Positions 11,476 through 19,466 of a DNA stretch of 64,000 nucleotides are shown piece after piece. Below the pieces are notes generated by a model. That model was not told the origin of the DNA. It saw only the letters and a list, made by a program, of their open reading frames with translations, and did not search any database. The stretch lies in NCBI GenBank assembly GCA_041666745.1, contig JBAYGI010000006.1, positions 3,474 to 67,473 on the forward strand, written 5' to 3'. Source of the stretch: Candidatus Magasanikiibacteriota bacterium. Lineage in GTDB: Bacteria > Patescibacteriota > Patescibacteriia > Magasanikbacterales > GWA2-37-8. Made by a program: the position numbers and the translations under genes. Within the stretch, counting starts at the first letter, position 1. Each line of letters begins with the position of its first letter.

Positions 11476-13020
11476 TTATTTTAATTCACCAACTACCTGT
11501 TCTACGTTTGAAATAATAGAATAATCACGCACTATCGCCACTACCTTATCTATATCGCGATAATATTCACGATCGTCAACTATTTTTGGACTGACTAATC
11601 GAATTGTACCATAAGCCACTTCACCTGCATCCGAAAATTTGAGTGGTTTGCGCCATTCATAGGCTTGTGCCGCCACCAAAAATTCCACAGCCAAAACAAT
11701 TTGCGCATTTTTAATTATATCCATACATTTGCGCGCCGCCAACGTCCCCATACTCACGTGGTCTTCTTGATTGGCAGAAACCGGAATACTATCCACACTA
11801 GCCGGTGATGCCAAAATTTTATTTTCCGACACCAAGGCCGCTTGCGAATATTGCGCTATCATCAAACCGGAATTCAAACCTTTTCCTTCCACCAAAAAAG
11901 CCGGCAGACCACCACTCAAAGCCGGATCCAATAAATTATTTGTTCGACGTTCAGAAATATTGGCGATTTCACTCATAGCAATCCCCAAAAAATCCATTGC
12001 AAAAGCAATCGGCTCACCGTGGAAATTACCACCAGTCAAACACGCCTTATCCGCGGTTACATATAGTGGGTTATCCACGCAAGCATTAATTTCAATCATA
12101 ATTTGTCGGCGTGTGTAATCCAAAACGTCACGACATGCTCCAACTACTTGTGGGGTACAACGCAAACTATACGCGCTCTGAACATTTATTTTCTTTTGTT
12201 TTAATATTTCACTGCCGGCCAGCAAGGTTCGTAAATTAGCCGCCGAATCATTTTGCCCTCTATACGGACGCAAAGCATGATAGCGCGCATCATAAGCCAA
12301 CTCCACACAGTTCAGAGCATCGATCGACATGGATGCGGAAATTTCCGAATTACGAACCAACCGATCAGCCTCATAAATTGCAAAACAACCATAAGAGCTC
12401 ATAAATTGTGTGCCGTTAATTAACGCCAACCCTTCGCGATACATCAATTTTACCGGCTCGATACCTGCTCTTTTCATAGCCTCACCACCTGACAACCGTT
12501 CACCCTTATACCACGCCTCACCTTCACCAAAAACCACCAGTCCCATTTGAGAAAGTGGAGCCAAATCTCCACTGGTACCCACCGATCCTTTTTCATAAAT
12601 AACCGGCGTTACTTCTTTGTTGAGCATCGCAATCATAGTTTCCAAAATAATCGGCCTCACCCCGGAATACCCCTTGGCCAATACATTCGTCCGTAAAAGT
12701 ATGGTGGCGCGACAAATTTCCAACGGCGCCGGATCACCGACAGCTGAAGCATGCGCGCGCACCATACGATAAGATAGCTCCACTGTTTGCTCCGGCGGTA
12801 AAACCACATTACCAAACGCACCAATGCCGGTATTAGTGCCATACATTATTTGTCCTTCGGCCATCATCTGATTTAAAGCATCCCAATTTTCCTGAACTTT
12901 TTTGACAACCGCAGAAGAAATTAAAACCTTGGCGCCATAACGAGCGACCGCGACCACTTTTTCCGGTGTTAAACCCTCTCCAGTTATTTCTACCGACTGA
13001 ATTGTTTTTGCGTCTAACAT
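11476..13020 (-). CDS. hutH: histidine/aromatic amino acid ammonia-lyase (MIO enzyme)
   Basis: GTNTGIGAFG and SVGTSGDLAPLS. The MIO triad here is TSG rather than the canonical ASG. Confidence 0.75.
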   Translation of the reverse strand: MLDAKTIQSVEITGEGLTPEKVVAVARYGAKVLISSAVVKKVQENWDALNQMMAEGQIMYGTNTGIGAFGNVVLPPEQTVELSYRMVRAHASAVGDPAPLEICRATILLRTNVLAKGYSGVRPIILETMIAMLNKEVTPVIYEKGSVGTSGDLAPLSQMGLVVFGEGEAWYKGERLSGGEAMKRAGIEPVKLMYREGLALINGTQFMSSYGCFAIYEADRLVRNSEISASMSIDALNCVELAYDARYHALRPYRGQNDSAANLRTLLAGSEILKQKKINVQSAYSLRCTPQVVGACRDVLDYTRRQIMIEINACVDNPLYVTADKACLTGGNFHGEPIAFAMDFLGIAMSEIANISERRTNNLLDPALSGGLPAFLVEGKGLNSGLMIAQYSQAALVSENKILASPASVDSIPVSANQEDHVSMGTLAARKCMDIIKNAQIVLAVEFLVAAQAYEWRKPLKFSDAGEVAYGTIRLVSPKIVDDREYYRDIDKVVAIVRDYSIISNVEQVVGELK

Positions 13021-13113
13021 AAATTTAAGTTAATGGATTAATAAAATTATTTAAAAATTAGTTTGGTGGGGGCGCTGTTTGTATAGCGGCGCGCCCCCGT
13101 CTCCGCTTTGATG

Positions 13114-13356
13114 TCAGTGACCTTGAATGCCACCGGCACAACCACAGCTCCTAAGGCCATCGCCGTCTATGGCGATTTCAACCTCACAGCGAAAACAACG
13201 ACCCTGTTCCGACAAACGTTTCTCACGCTTATCGGAGCAAGACCTACATGTTGAGTCGCCATGTTCAATCTTGCCCGTGTTTGACCATGTGTTCGGAACC
13301 ATTTGCTCACGAGGAAATTCCCCGTCACATTTACGACACCGGTAAAGATCTGCCAT
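13114..13356 (-). CDS. small Cys-rich zinc-ribbon-like protein on GC-rich island B
   Basis: Start MADLYRCRKCDGEF behind an AAGGAGGAG RBS. CxxC pairs CRKC, CRSC, CFRC and CGC. GC-rich. Terminator hairpin gggggcgcgccgc...gcgccccc downstream. Confidence 0.5.
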   Translation of the reverse strand: MADLYRCRKCDGEFPREQMVPNTWSNTGKIEHGDSTCRSCSDKREKRLSEQGRCFRCEVEIAIDGDGLRSCGCAGGIQGH

Positions 13357-13568
13357 TCCCCTCTCCTCCTTGCTAATAAACAAAAAATCGCCATGTTAAG
13401 CGATTTTGCCTCGAACAACAAACCTGACCTAGGTGTGCTACCCAAGGCTTTGTTTATGGTTGGTAAATTTTGAGAAAGTTTTCTTTTTCATACTGTATCA
13501 ATGTATTAACACATTAACACACTACCGATAATCTGTCAAACCAACCCTGTGGACAAAATAAACCCACT

Positions 13569-13865
13569 TTATTTAGTGGGCTTTTTTTTACCTTTCTTTA
13601 GCGCTATTTTGTATCCTCCCTCACCATACTCCAACCAGTGCGCCACACGAGTGATAGTGGTAGTACTGACGCCGGTTTTTTCAGCAATATCTCGATAGGA
13701 AACACCTTTGTTCAACATCTCGGCCACTTCCCAACGACCGGACAACTCTTCCAATTCCTCCAGCGTACACAAATCACGCAAAAAATTCTCTACATCTTTT
13801 TCAGATTTCAAACATAAAAATGCTTTGGCCAGTTTTTTTAATTTTGCGTTTCTCCAATTTGACAT
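13569..13865 (-). CDS. TrpR-like YerC/YecD family DNA-binding protein
   Basis: About 100 aa with the HTH ISYRDIAEKTGVSTTTITRV. Confidence 0.65.
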   Translation of the reverse strand: MSNWRNAKLKKLAKAFLCLKSEKDVENFLRDLCTLEELEELSGRWEVAEMLNKGVSYRDIAEKTGVSTTTITRVAHWLEYGEGGYKIALKKGKKKPTK

Positions 13866-13955
13866 ATTGCAATTATTTTAACAAATAAACCGGCTCTTGT
13901 CTATCGTCGCCCTTGCCAGAAACAGCATAAACATATATACTAAACCGACAATATT

Positions 13956-14327
13956 ATGAAAAACAAAAAACAAATCATTCGCAGTCAAGTCTTACCCGGG
14001 CAAAGTCTAGGTCGCCAAACTGGCTTCCGCACTGCCAATTTAAACCCAATTTTGGCTAAAAATTTAACCAAGGGGTTGTATACCTGTACTGTTGGGTGGC
14101 AAAACAAAACATATTCCGGTCTGTTGTTTTACGGCCACAACTCGCTAAGCCAAGAAGATTGCCTGGAGGTTCATATTTTGAATTTTTCTCAAGATCTTTA
14201 TGGGCAAGAAATAGAGGTAACCACAAAACAATTCCTACGTCCTGAAATGAAATTCCAAAATCTAGAAGAGTTAAAAAAACAACTCGAACGGGATTTAGAT
14301 CAGAATAAGCTGGATTTACAAACCTAG
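13956..14327 (+). CDS. monofunctional riboflavin kinase
   Basis: GRQTGFRTANL ... EVHILNFSQDLYGQEIEV motif pattern of the RibF C-terminal domain. Confidence 0.65.
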   Translation: MKNKKQIIRSQVLPGQSLGRQTGFRTANLNPILAKNLTKGLYTCTVGWQNKTYSGLLFYGHNSLSQEDCLEVHILNFSQDLYGQEIEVTTKQFLRPEMKFQNLEELKKQLERDLDQNKLDLQT

Positions 14328-14330
14328 CAT

Positions 14331-14360
14331 TGACAAAAACCAAAAAAAATGTTAACATAG
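14331..14360 (+). promoter_or_regulatory. promoter TTGACA-17-TAACAT for rpsT
   Basis: Seen directly. Confidence 0.45.
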
Positions 14361-14397
14361 CCACGCTCTCAATTTAATAGATACTTTTAAATACACT

Positions 14398-14658
14398 ATG
14401 CCAAATAAACAAAATGCAAAAAAGGCTTTGCGTCAAGCAATAAAACGCGCGGTTTTGAATAAAAATCGTAAAGAAGCTTTCAAAAAAGCTATCAAAATTA
14501 CTACCAAATCCACTTCTTTGGAAGAAGCCAAAAAATTGGCTATCAACGCCCAACAAGCTCTGGACAAGGCAGTAAAACACGGCACTATCAAAAAGAATAC
14601 TGCCGCTCGCAAACTTTCTCGCTTGATGAAAAAAGTAAACAAGCTTGGAAAAAAATAA
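14398..14658 (+). CDS. rpsT: 30S ribosomal protein S20
   Basis: MPNKQNAKKALRQAIKR... basic 86-aa protein. Terminator at 14668-14702. Confidence 0.85.
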   Translation: MPNKQNAKKALRQAIKRAVLNKNRKEAFKKAIKITTKSTSLEEAKKLAINAQQALDKAVKHGTIKKNTAARKLSRLMKKVNKLGKK

Positions 14659-14715
14659 TCAAAACACTTCAACAAAAAACTCTCGCTAAAACGAGAGTTT
14701 TTTAATAATTATTTT

Positions 14716-15678
14716 TTAATTTTTACCGATAAACAAATCCAGCATTAACCCCAGATCAGCCTGCCCGGTTTTTGCTTTAAAATCCATATTCAACAACTGA
14801 TCATATATTTTGACCATCTGTTGTTTGTTATATTTCTTAACCAATGACAAGTTTTTCTTCACCACAAATGGATGCAGGCCAAGTTCTTTGGCAATAATAT
14901 CGCTGGTGATATTATCCTGTTGTTCAAAAAGACTGCGCATCTGCAACAAAATCCGAAACTGCCAAACAATCAGACCAAATAATTTGAAATCATCTTCGCC
15001 CAAACGGCGCTGTTCAGTCAACAATTTATAGGCTTGTTTTTTGTTGCCTGACACAATCGCCTCCACCATATTAAAAACATTGTCGTCCACTTTTTCTTCC
15101 AAAAATAAATTTATTTCCGGCACTCCAATTTCTTTTTCACCGCCAAAAGCACAAAGTTGATCCAACAAGGAATTTAAAAACCAACCATCTTTGCCAGCAT
15201 TTTGCGCCAAATAATTTATCGCCGTAGTGGAAATTTTTGCGCCACGTTTTTTAATTTCACTGGCGATAAAACCGGTGAGTTGCACCCCAACCAACAGAGA
15301 AAACTCTTGAGCATATTTTTCTTTTTTTAACATTCCTTCCAGCTCTTTTATTTCTTTCACTTTACCCAACCCTTCGCCCTGCCAAAAAATTATGATATTG
15401 CTTTCAGGAATTTTATTATCTTTGATACGTCGAATTAATTCAACCAAAAGTTCTTTGTCTGAAGTAGATAAAATATTTTCTATTACTACTAGGCGTTTTT
15501 CAGATAAAAACGGTGTCGAGATGACTTCACTCAAAACCTTGCCTGGTTCAGATTTCTTCCCATCAACAAAAACCACGTTGTACCCTTGTGGATCACGTGT
15601 TTGTTTGAATCGTTCAACCTGCTCTTTGAGATATTGCCGACTACGGAAAGTGTCCGCGCCGTGGATGTAGATTATCAT
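14716..15678 (-). CDS. holA: DNA polymerase III delta subunit
   Basis: Length and N-terminal MIIYIHGADTF...LVVIEN pattern. Confidence 0.7.
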   Translation of the reverse strand: MIIYIHGADTFRSRQYLKEQVERFKQTRDPQGYNVVFVDGKKSEPGKVLSEVISTPFLSEKRLVVIENILSTSDKELLVELIRRIKDNKIPESNIIIFWQGEGLGKVKEIKELEGMLKKEKYAQEFSLLVGVQLTGFIASEIKKRGAKISTTAINYLAQNAGKDGWFLNSLLDQLCAFGGEKEIGVPEINLFLEEKVDDNVFNMVEAIVSGNKKQAYKLLTEQRRLGEDDFKLFGLIVWQFRILLQMRSLFEQQDNITSDIIAKELGLHPFVVKKNLSLVKKYNKQQMVKIYDQLLNMDFKAKTGQADLGLMLDLFIGKN

Positions 15679-15803
15679 AGCGGGGATATTGTAATACTTT
15701 TCTGGATGATTGACAAATATAGAAAAATATGATACAAAGCAGTGTCATGCTGAGAAGTTTTCTACAGCCTCTGACACCGTTCGTTGACTCAAAGGAGACT
15801 ATT

Positions 15804-16391
15804 TTGAAGAGGTTCATTGTCGCAACACTGGCGATGATTGTGGGGTTCTCCACCACAACAGCCGGTGCAGACACATTTTCCGCCAGTCGAGTCAGGATGC
15901 TCATCCATGGCTCCAACCAGTTCAGCGAGCAGTTGGGCGCGTCTGTTCACTTCATTCCGGCTGGAAATCTGCTGGGAGAGGTAGCACCGTTGATCTACGG
16001 CTCGTTCGACTGGACACCGATTCCGGAACTGACAATCAGCCCTACCGTGGGCTGGACGTTCAAGCCGGATGAGATGGTTGTGTCGCTCCGCCTCGCCCCG
16101 AAAATCGGCAAGTTCTGGGGGTGGGTGGATCTTGAAGAACGACCGACGTCCCGTGCATTCTACTGGTTCGTGCAGGCTCAATACCAGGTAACGAGCTTCC
16201 TGCACATCGGTGCCGAGCAAGAGTCATGGGGCGATTTCCACGACTTCAGCACGGCTTCGCACGGTGGCGGCCCGAACGTCCTCCTCCGCTTCGGAAGAAA
16301 CTTCGGCACAGACCTTGCACTACACGCCCGTTCCCTCGGCGGCAGTGCGGTCAATCTGGAGTTCTTTTCCCGGATCCATTTGTTCCTCTAA
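15804..16391 (+). CDS. GC-rich secreted protein, paralog 1 (island C)
   Basis: TTG start after an AAGGAG RBS. Signal peptide MKRFIVATLAMIVGFSTTTAGA. Beta-rich alternating pattern ending NLEFFSRIHLFL. TTGACA promoter at 15709. The ORF-track ATG at 15729 is probably too far upstream. Confidence 0.5.
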   Translation: MKRFIVATLAMIVGFSTTTAGADTFSASRVRMLIHGSNQFSEQLGASVHFIPAGNLLGEVAPLIYGSFDWTPIPELTISPTVGWTFKPDEMVVSLRLAPKIGKFWGWVDLEERPTSRAFYWFVQAQYQVTSFLHIGAEQESWGDFHDFSTASHGGGPNVLLRFGRNFGTDLALHARSLGGSAVNLEFFSRIHLFL

Positions 16392-16470
16392 CCGGTTGCG
16401 CGCTACCGTCCAACAAAGCGCGCAAAATCTTTTTCAACTTAATATATTTAGGTTTAAGAAGATAATAAAA
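16392..16470 (+). repeat. conserved 3' element copy 1 (hairpin ttgcgcgc...gcgcgcaa)
   Basis: About 90% identical over ~80 bp to 19343-19425. Followed by a terminator at 16471-16506. Confidence 0.7.
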
Positions 16471-16511
16471 AAAACCGACTGCCATCTGCGATCGGTTTTT
16501 TTATAAAAATC

Positions 16512-16709
16512 TTATTTCTTTTTCACAATTATTTTATCCACAAAAGTCATCGCATCTTTGGGTTTTTTAAAAATCAATTGCTTGCCAGTTTTTCTTTCAT
16601 CTTGCGCCTCTTTTAAAACTGACAACAACAAATCTGACGATTCACTAAATTTAGTTTTTGTGTTTAAAATAGTGCTCATATAATATACGCCGCATTGACA
16701 ACTACCCAA
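16512..16709 (-). CDS. hypothetical small protein
   Basis: 65-aa ORF upstream of the DUF3800 gene. Weak. Confidence 0.25.
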   Translation of the reverse strand: MGSCQCGVYYMSTILNTKTKFSESSDLLLSVLKEAQDERKTGKQLIFKKPKDAMTFVDKIIVKKK

Positions 16710-16779
16710 TTTTCTGATACAGTATATTCAGGTAACAAGAAACTCGGGACAAATCCGCCGAAAGGGGAAAGCCGTAAGG

Positions 16780-17349
16780 CTACCGAGTCATCTGACCGTC
16801 CACAAGCTGGACGGTTATTTTTTTCTCAAATAATTTAGTTAATTTAATAGTTTGCTCTGTGGAATTATCTGCGTGAGAACGAAATAATCCTGCGATTGCG
16901 TCCGCTAATCTCAAGCCCGCCGACGCTTCGTCCCTTAACAATCTAATTTTCTTTACAGAAATATTTTTATCACGCAAAACCTTTTTTAGTTTTTGTTCAT
17001 ATCGTTTTGACTTTTTACCATCTATAATTATTTTTTTAATATTGTGTTCTATTATTAAATGCTGAAAAATATTTTCAAAAGCAATATTATAATTTATTGG
17101 ATTATTTACAATGGCTAGTTTAAAAGAAAAATCCAAATTACTCACTACAGTAAGAAAACTTGCTCGTTTTTTCCATCCATTTGTTGAACCATAATCCGAC
17201 CAATGAAACGGTTTTATGCATAATAATTTTTCTACTTCAACAACCGCTTCTTCCATTTCTTTGATACTTTTTGCTTGTAAATAAACAAAAGAAATAGTTG
17301 AATGCCCTACTTTTTTATGAATACCTGATTCGTCTATAAAAATTATCAT
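16780..17349 (-). CDS. DUF3800 family protein
   Basis: N-terminal MIIFIDESG signature. Confidence 0.55.
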   Translation of the reverse strand: MIIFIDESGIHKKVGHSTISFVYLQAKSIKEMEEAVVEVEKLLCIKPFHWSDYGSTNGWKKRASFLTVVSNLDFSFKLAIVNNPINYNIAFENIFQHLIIEHNIKKIIIDGKKSKRYEQKLKKVLRDKNISVKKIRLLRDEASAGLRLADAIAGLFRSHADNSTEQTIKLTKLFEKKITVQLVDGQMTR

Positions 17350-17394
17350 ACCCCCTCCTTTTTAAAACTCATTTTCTACTAAATTAAATACCTA

Positions 17395-18543
17395 TTAAAT
17401 TTTTTTCCCCCACAGCTGATCAAAATACGATTTAAAACCAGCATATATTTCGGGCTGTGCAAAATGAATCACGGTAGGATTTTCGCCATACAAAATAATA
17501 AAAGCCTTGTTGTGAAACAAATTTATTTGCATCGGAATTTTTGGAGCCGACGCGTAAAGTTTCAGATGACTAATTTTTTCCATACCGTCACCAGACTGCA
17601 CAAATCTTTTTTTAATTCGATCAAAAGATTCACTATATACCAACATGTTGGCTACAACTCCTTTTTTAATTCTATCCGTATGAAATTCATCATACAATTT
17701 TTGGACAACACCATTTTCATCTCCGGCTGAAGCGCCCAACACAAAATATTCTTCACCTGTTTTTAATTCATCCAACATTTTATAAATAGTTTTTTTCAAA
17801 GAACCAATCCCGGTCTCTACCACCACCTGTTGACTCCAAAAATATTCAAAATATTTTTTCATCGCATCCACTACCGTACGACTGCGAATATGAAAAACCA
17901 GTGGATCTTCGTCGATTACCATGATAGATAATTTGTCATAGCAAAAATTAAACCAAAGGGGCATTTTGGCATCAAACGGCAGATACCTCGCTTCTGTAAG
18001 ATCTTTTTTGTTGCGATCATCTAAAATTTCTTGTTCGACGGTGTGGTCAAAGAGAATTTTAAAGTTAACATTTTTCTTAATCCTTCTTTTGTGAAAATCT
18101 TTCCAATCAAACGAACCACCTTCGGTTGATTCTCTAGTTGCACCAAGCACATACATTGTTTCGCCCGGTGGCGCGTCAGCACTTCTTTCGGTAGTATTTT
18201 TTATTGCCTCCACTCCTTCAAACACACCGACCTCACGCATTCCAACCTTGTGTCTTTTTTGTAGTTCGGAGACTAGGTTTTCTGCGGTCTTTCTTTTATT
18301 CTCCAAATCTTCAATTATATGTTCTGGGCCATTCGCCGAAAACTCAAAAACACCTTTACGTTCGGCCTTGGATACCATGTCTCTTTTGACCAGTTCCTCT
18401 AAGGCAGTATAGACGAGGTTGCGATGAAGGCCTGTTTTGCTGATTATCTGACCGGCTTTGGCTTTTTGCAAATCTATTAAGGCCAAGTACACAATAGCCT
18501 CATTTTTACCAAAGCCTAATTTTGCTAGTTCATTTTCTAACAT
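17395..18543 (-). CDS. TrmB-family transcriptional regulator (N-terminal wHTH plus C-terminal domain)
   Basis: N-terminus LAKLGFGKNEAIVYLALIDLQKAKAGQIISKTGLHRNLVYTALEELVKRDMV. Confidence 0.55.
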   Translation of the reverse strand: MLENELAKLGFGKNEAIVYLALIDLQKAKAGQIISKTGLHRNLVYTALEELVKRDMVSKAERKGVFEFSANGPEHIIEDLENKRKTAENLVSELQKRHKVGMREVGVFEGVEAIKNTTERSADAPPGETMYVLGATRESTEGGSFDWKDFHKRRIKKNVNFKILFDHTVEQEILDDRNKKDLTEARYLPFDAKMPLWFNFCYDKLSIMVIDEDPLVFHIRSRTVVDAMKKYFEYFWSQQVVVETGIGSLKKTIYKMLDELKTGEEYFVLGASAGDENGVVQKLYDEFHTDRIKKGVVANMLVYSESFDRIKKRFVQSGDGMEKISHLKLYASAPKIPMQINLFHNKAFIILYGENPTVIHFAQPEIYAGFKSYFDQLWGKKI

Positions 18544-18661
18544 ATTGTCATATTATTTATGATAACATCATTATAATATGCTTAGCCAAAATTGTCAACT
18601 TGCTAGGATTGTTGTCAAGTGGAATGTGACTGTTTTGGGCTAAAGTTAGCCAAAATACCCT

Positions 18662-18690
18662 TGACAAGATTATGAATATGTGATATACTT
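18662..18690 (+). promoter_or_regulatory. consensus promoter TTGACA-17-TATACT for paralog 2
   Basis: Perfect hexamers seen directly. Preceded by ttagccaaaat direct repeats at 18580-18655. Confidence 0.55.
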
Positions 18691-18856
18691 TGCTGTTACG
18701 ATGAATAACCGTAATGAAGTTCTTTACAACTGCCAGACGGAGTAGTGAACGGCAAAACTGCTTTTTACTACCTCGTCTGGCACAAGCAATATGGGTTCAC
18801 AAATGTGACTCGATTGACCAGTGCAGGTGGGCGGACTTATGTCCGGGGAGAATACC

Positions 18857-19342
18857 ATGAAGTCGACCCTCATCGTTCTCGTGCTCGCGTTCGTCTCTCT
18901 CACGGCCGCCACGGCCATCGGGCTCACCCCCGGCCTCAGTTTCCGGGAGGGATACGTCGTCCTGCTCAAGGACGGAGGTACCCCCGGACCGGTGGGTACC
19001 CGGATCGACTTCACTGTTTCTGAGAAGATCTCAGAGACGGTGTCCCTCATCGGAGGGGTAGGGGTGGGTACCCCGAACGATGTCTTCAAACCATCCCTGC
19101 GGATAGCCGTGGGTGGTGCGATGGCATTGGTGGGCAGGTGGTCTGTCCACGCCAGCGGACTGTTCCAGCGCAACATTGGTTACGGCGGGAAACCGTCGAC
19201 AACAGCGCTGGCTGTCGGAGGAGGTCCGACTTACAAAGTTGCAGATGGCGTTGCCTTGTCCTTGTCTTTCGGACCAGGCAAAATGCTTGACGGTGACTGG
19301 TCGTTTCTCATCCAGCCGTCGATTAGCATCTCCTTTCTGTAA
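18857..19342 (+). CDS. GC-rich secreted protein, paralog 2 (island D)
   Basis: GGGGAGAA RBS then ATG. Signal peptide MKSTLIVLVLAFVSLTAATA. Beta-rich. Ends ISISFL. About 62% GC. Confidence 0.5.
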   Translation: MKSTLIVLVLAFVSLTAATAIGLTPGLSFREGYVVLLKDGGTPGPVGTRIDFTVSEKISETVSLIGGVGVGTPNDVFKPSLRIAVGGAMALVGRWSVHASGLFQRNIGYGGKPSTTALAVGGGPTYKVADGVALSLSFGPGKMLDGDWSFLIQPSISISFL

Positions 19343-19425
19343 CCCATAACCGGTCGCGCGCTACCATCCAACAAAGCGCGCAAAATCTTTTTCAACTTAA
19401 TACCTTTAGGTTTAAGAAGACAACA
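19343..19425 (+). repeat. conserved 3' element copy 2
   Basis: Aligns with 16392-16470. Terminator at 19424-19457. Confidence 0.7.
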
Positions 19426-19466
19426 AAAAACCACCCGAGAGAAGGGTGGTTTTTTGTTTATAAATT

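Noticed and set aside
16392-16470. Interpreting the conserved 3' elements as integron attC sites
   Set aside because: No inverse-core/core (RYYYAAC...GTTRRRY) complementarity at the ends. No intI or attI is in the window. Each gene has its own promoter, whereas cassettes are usually promoterless.
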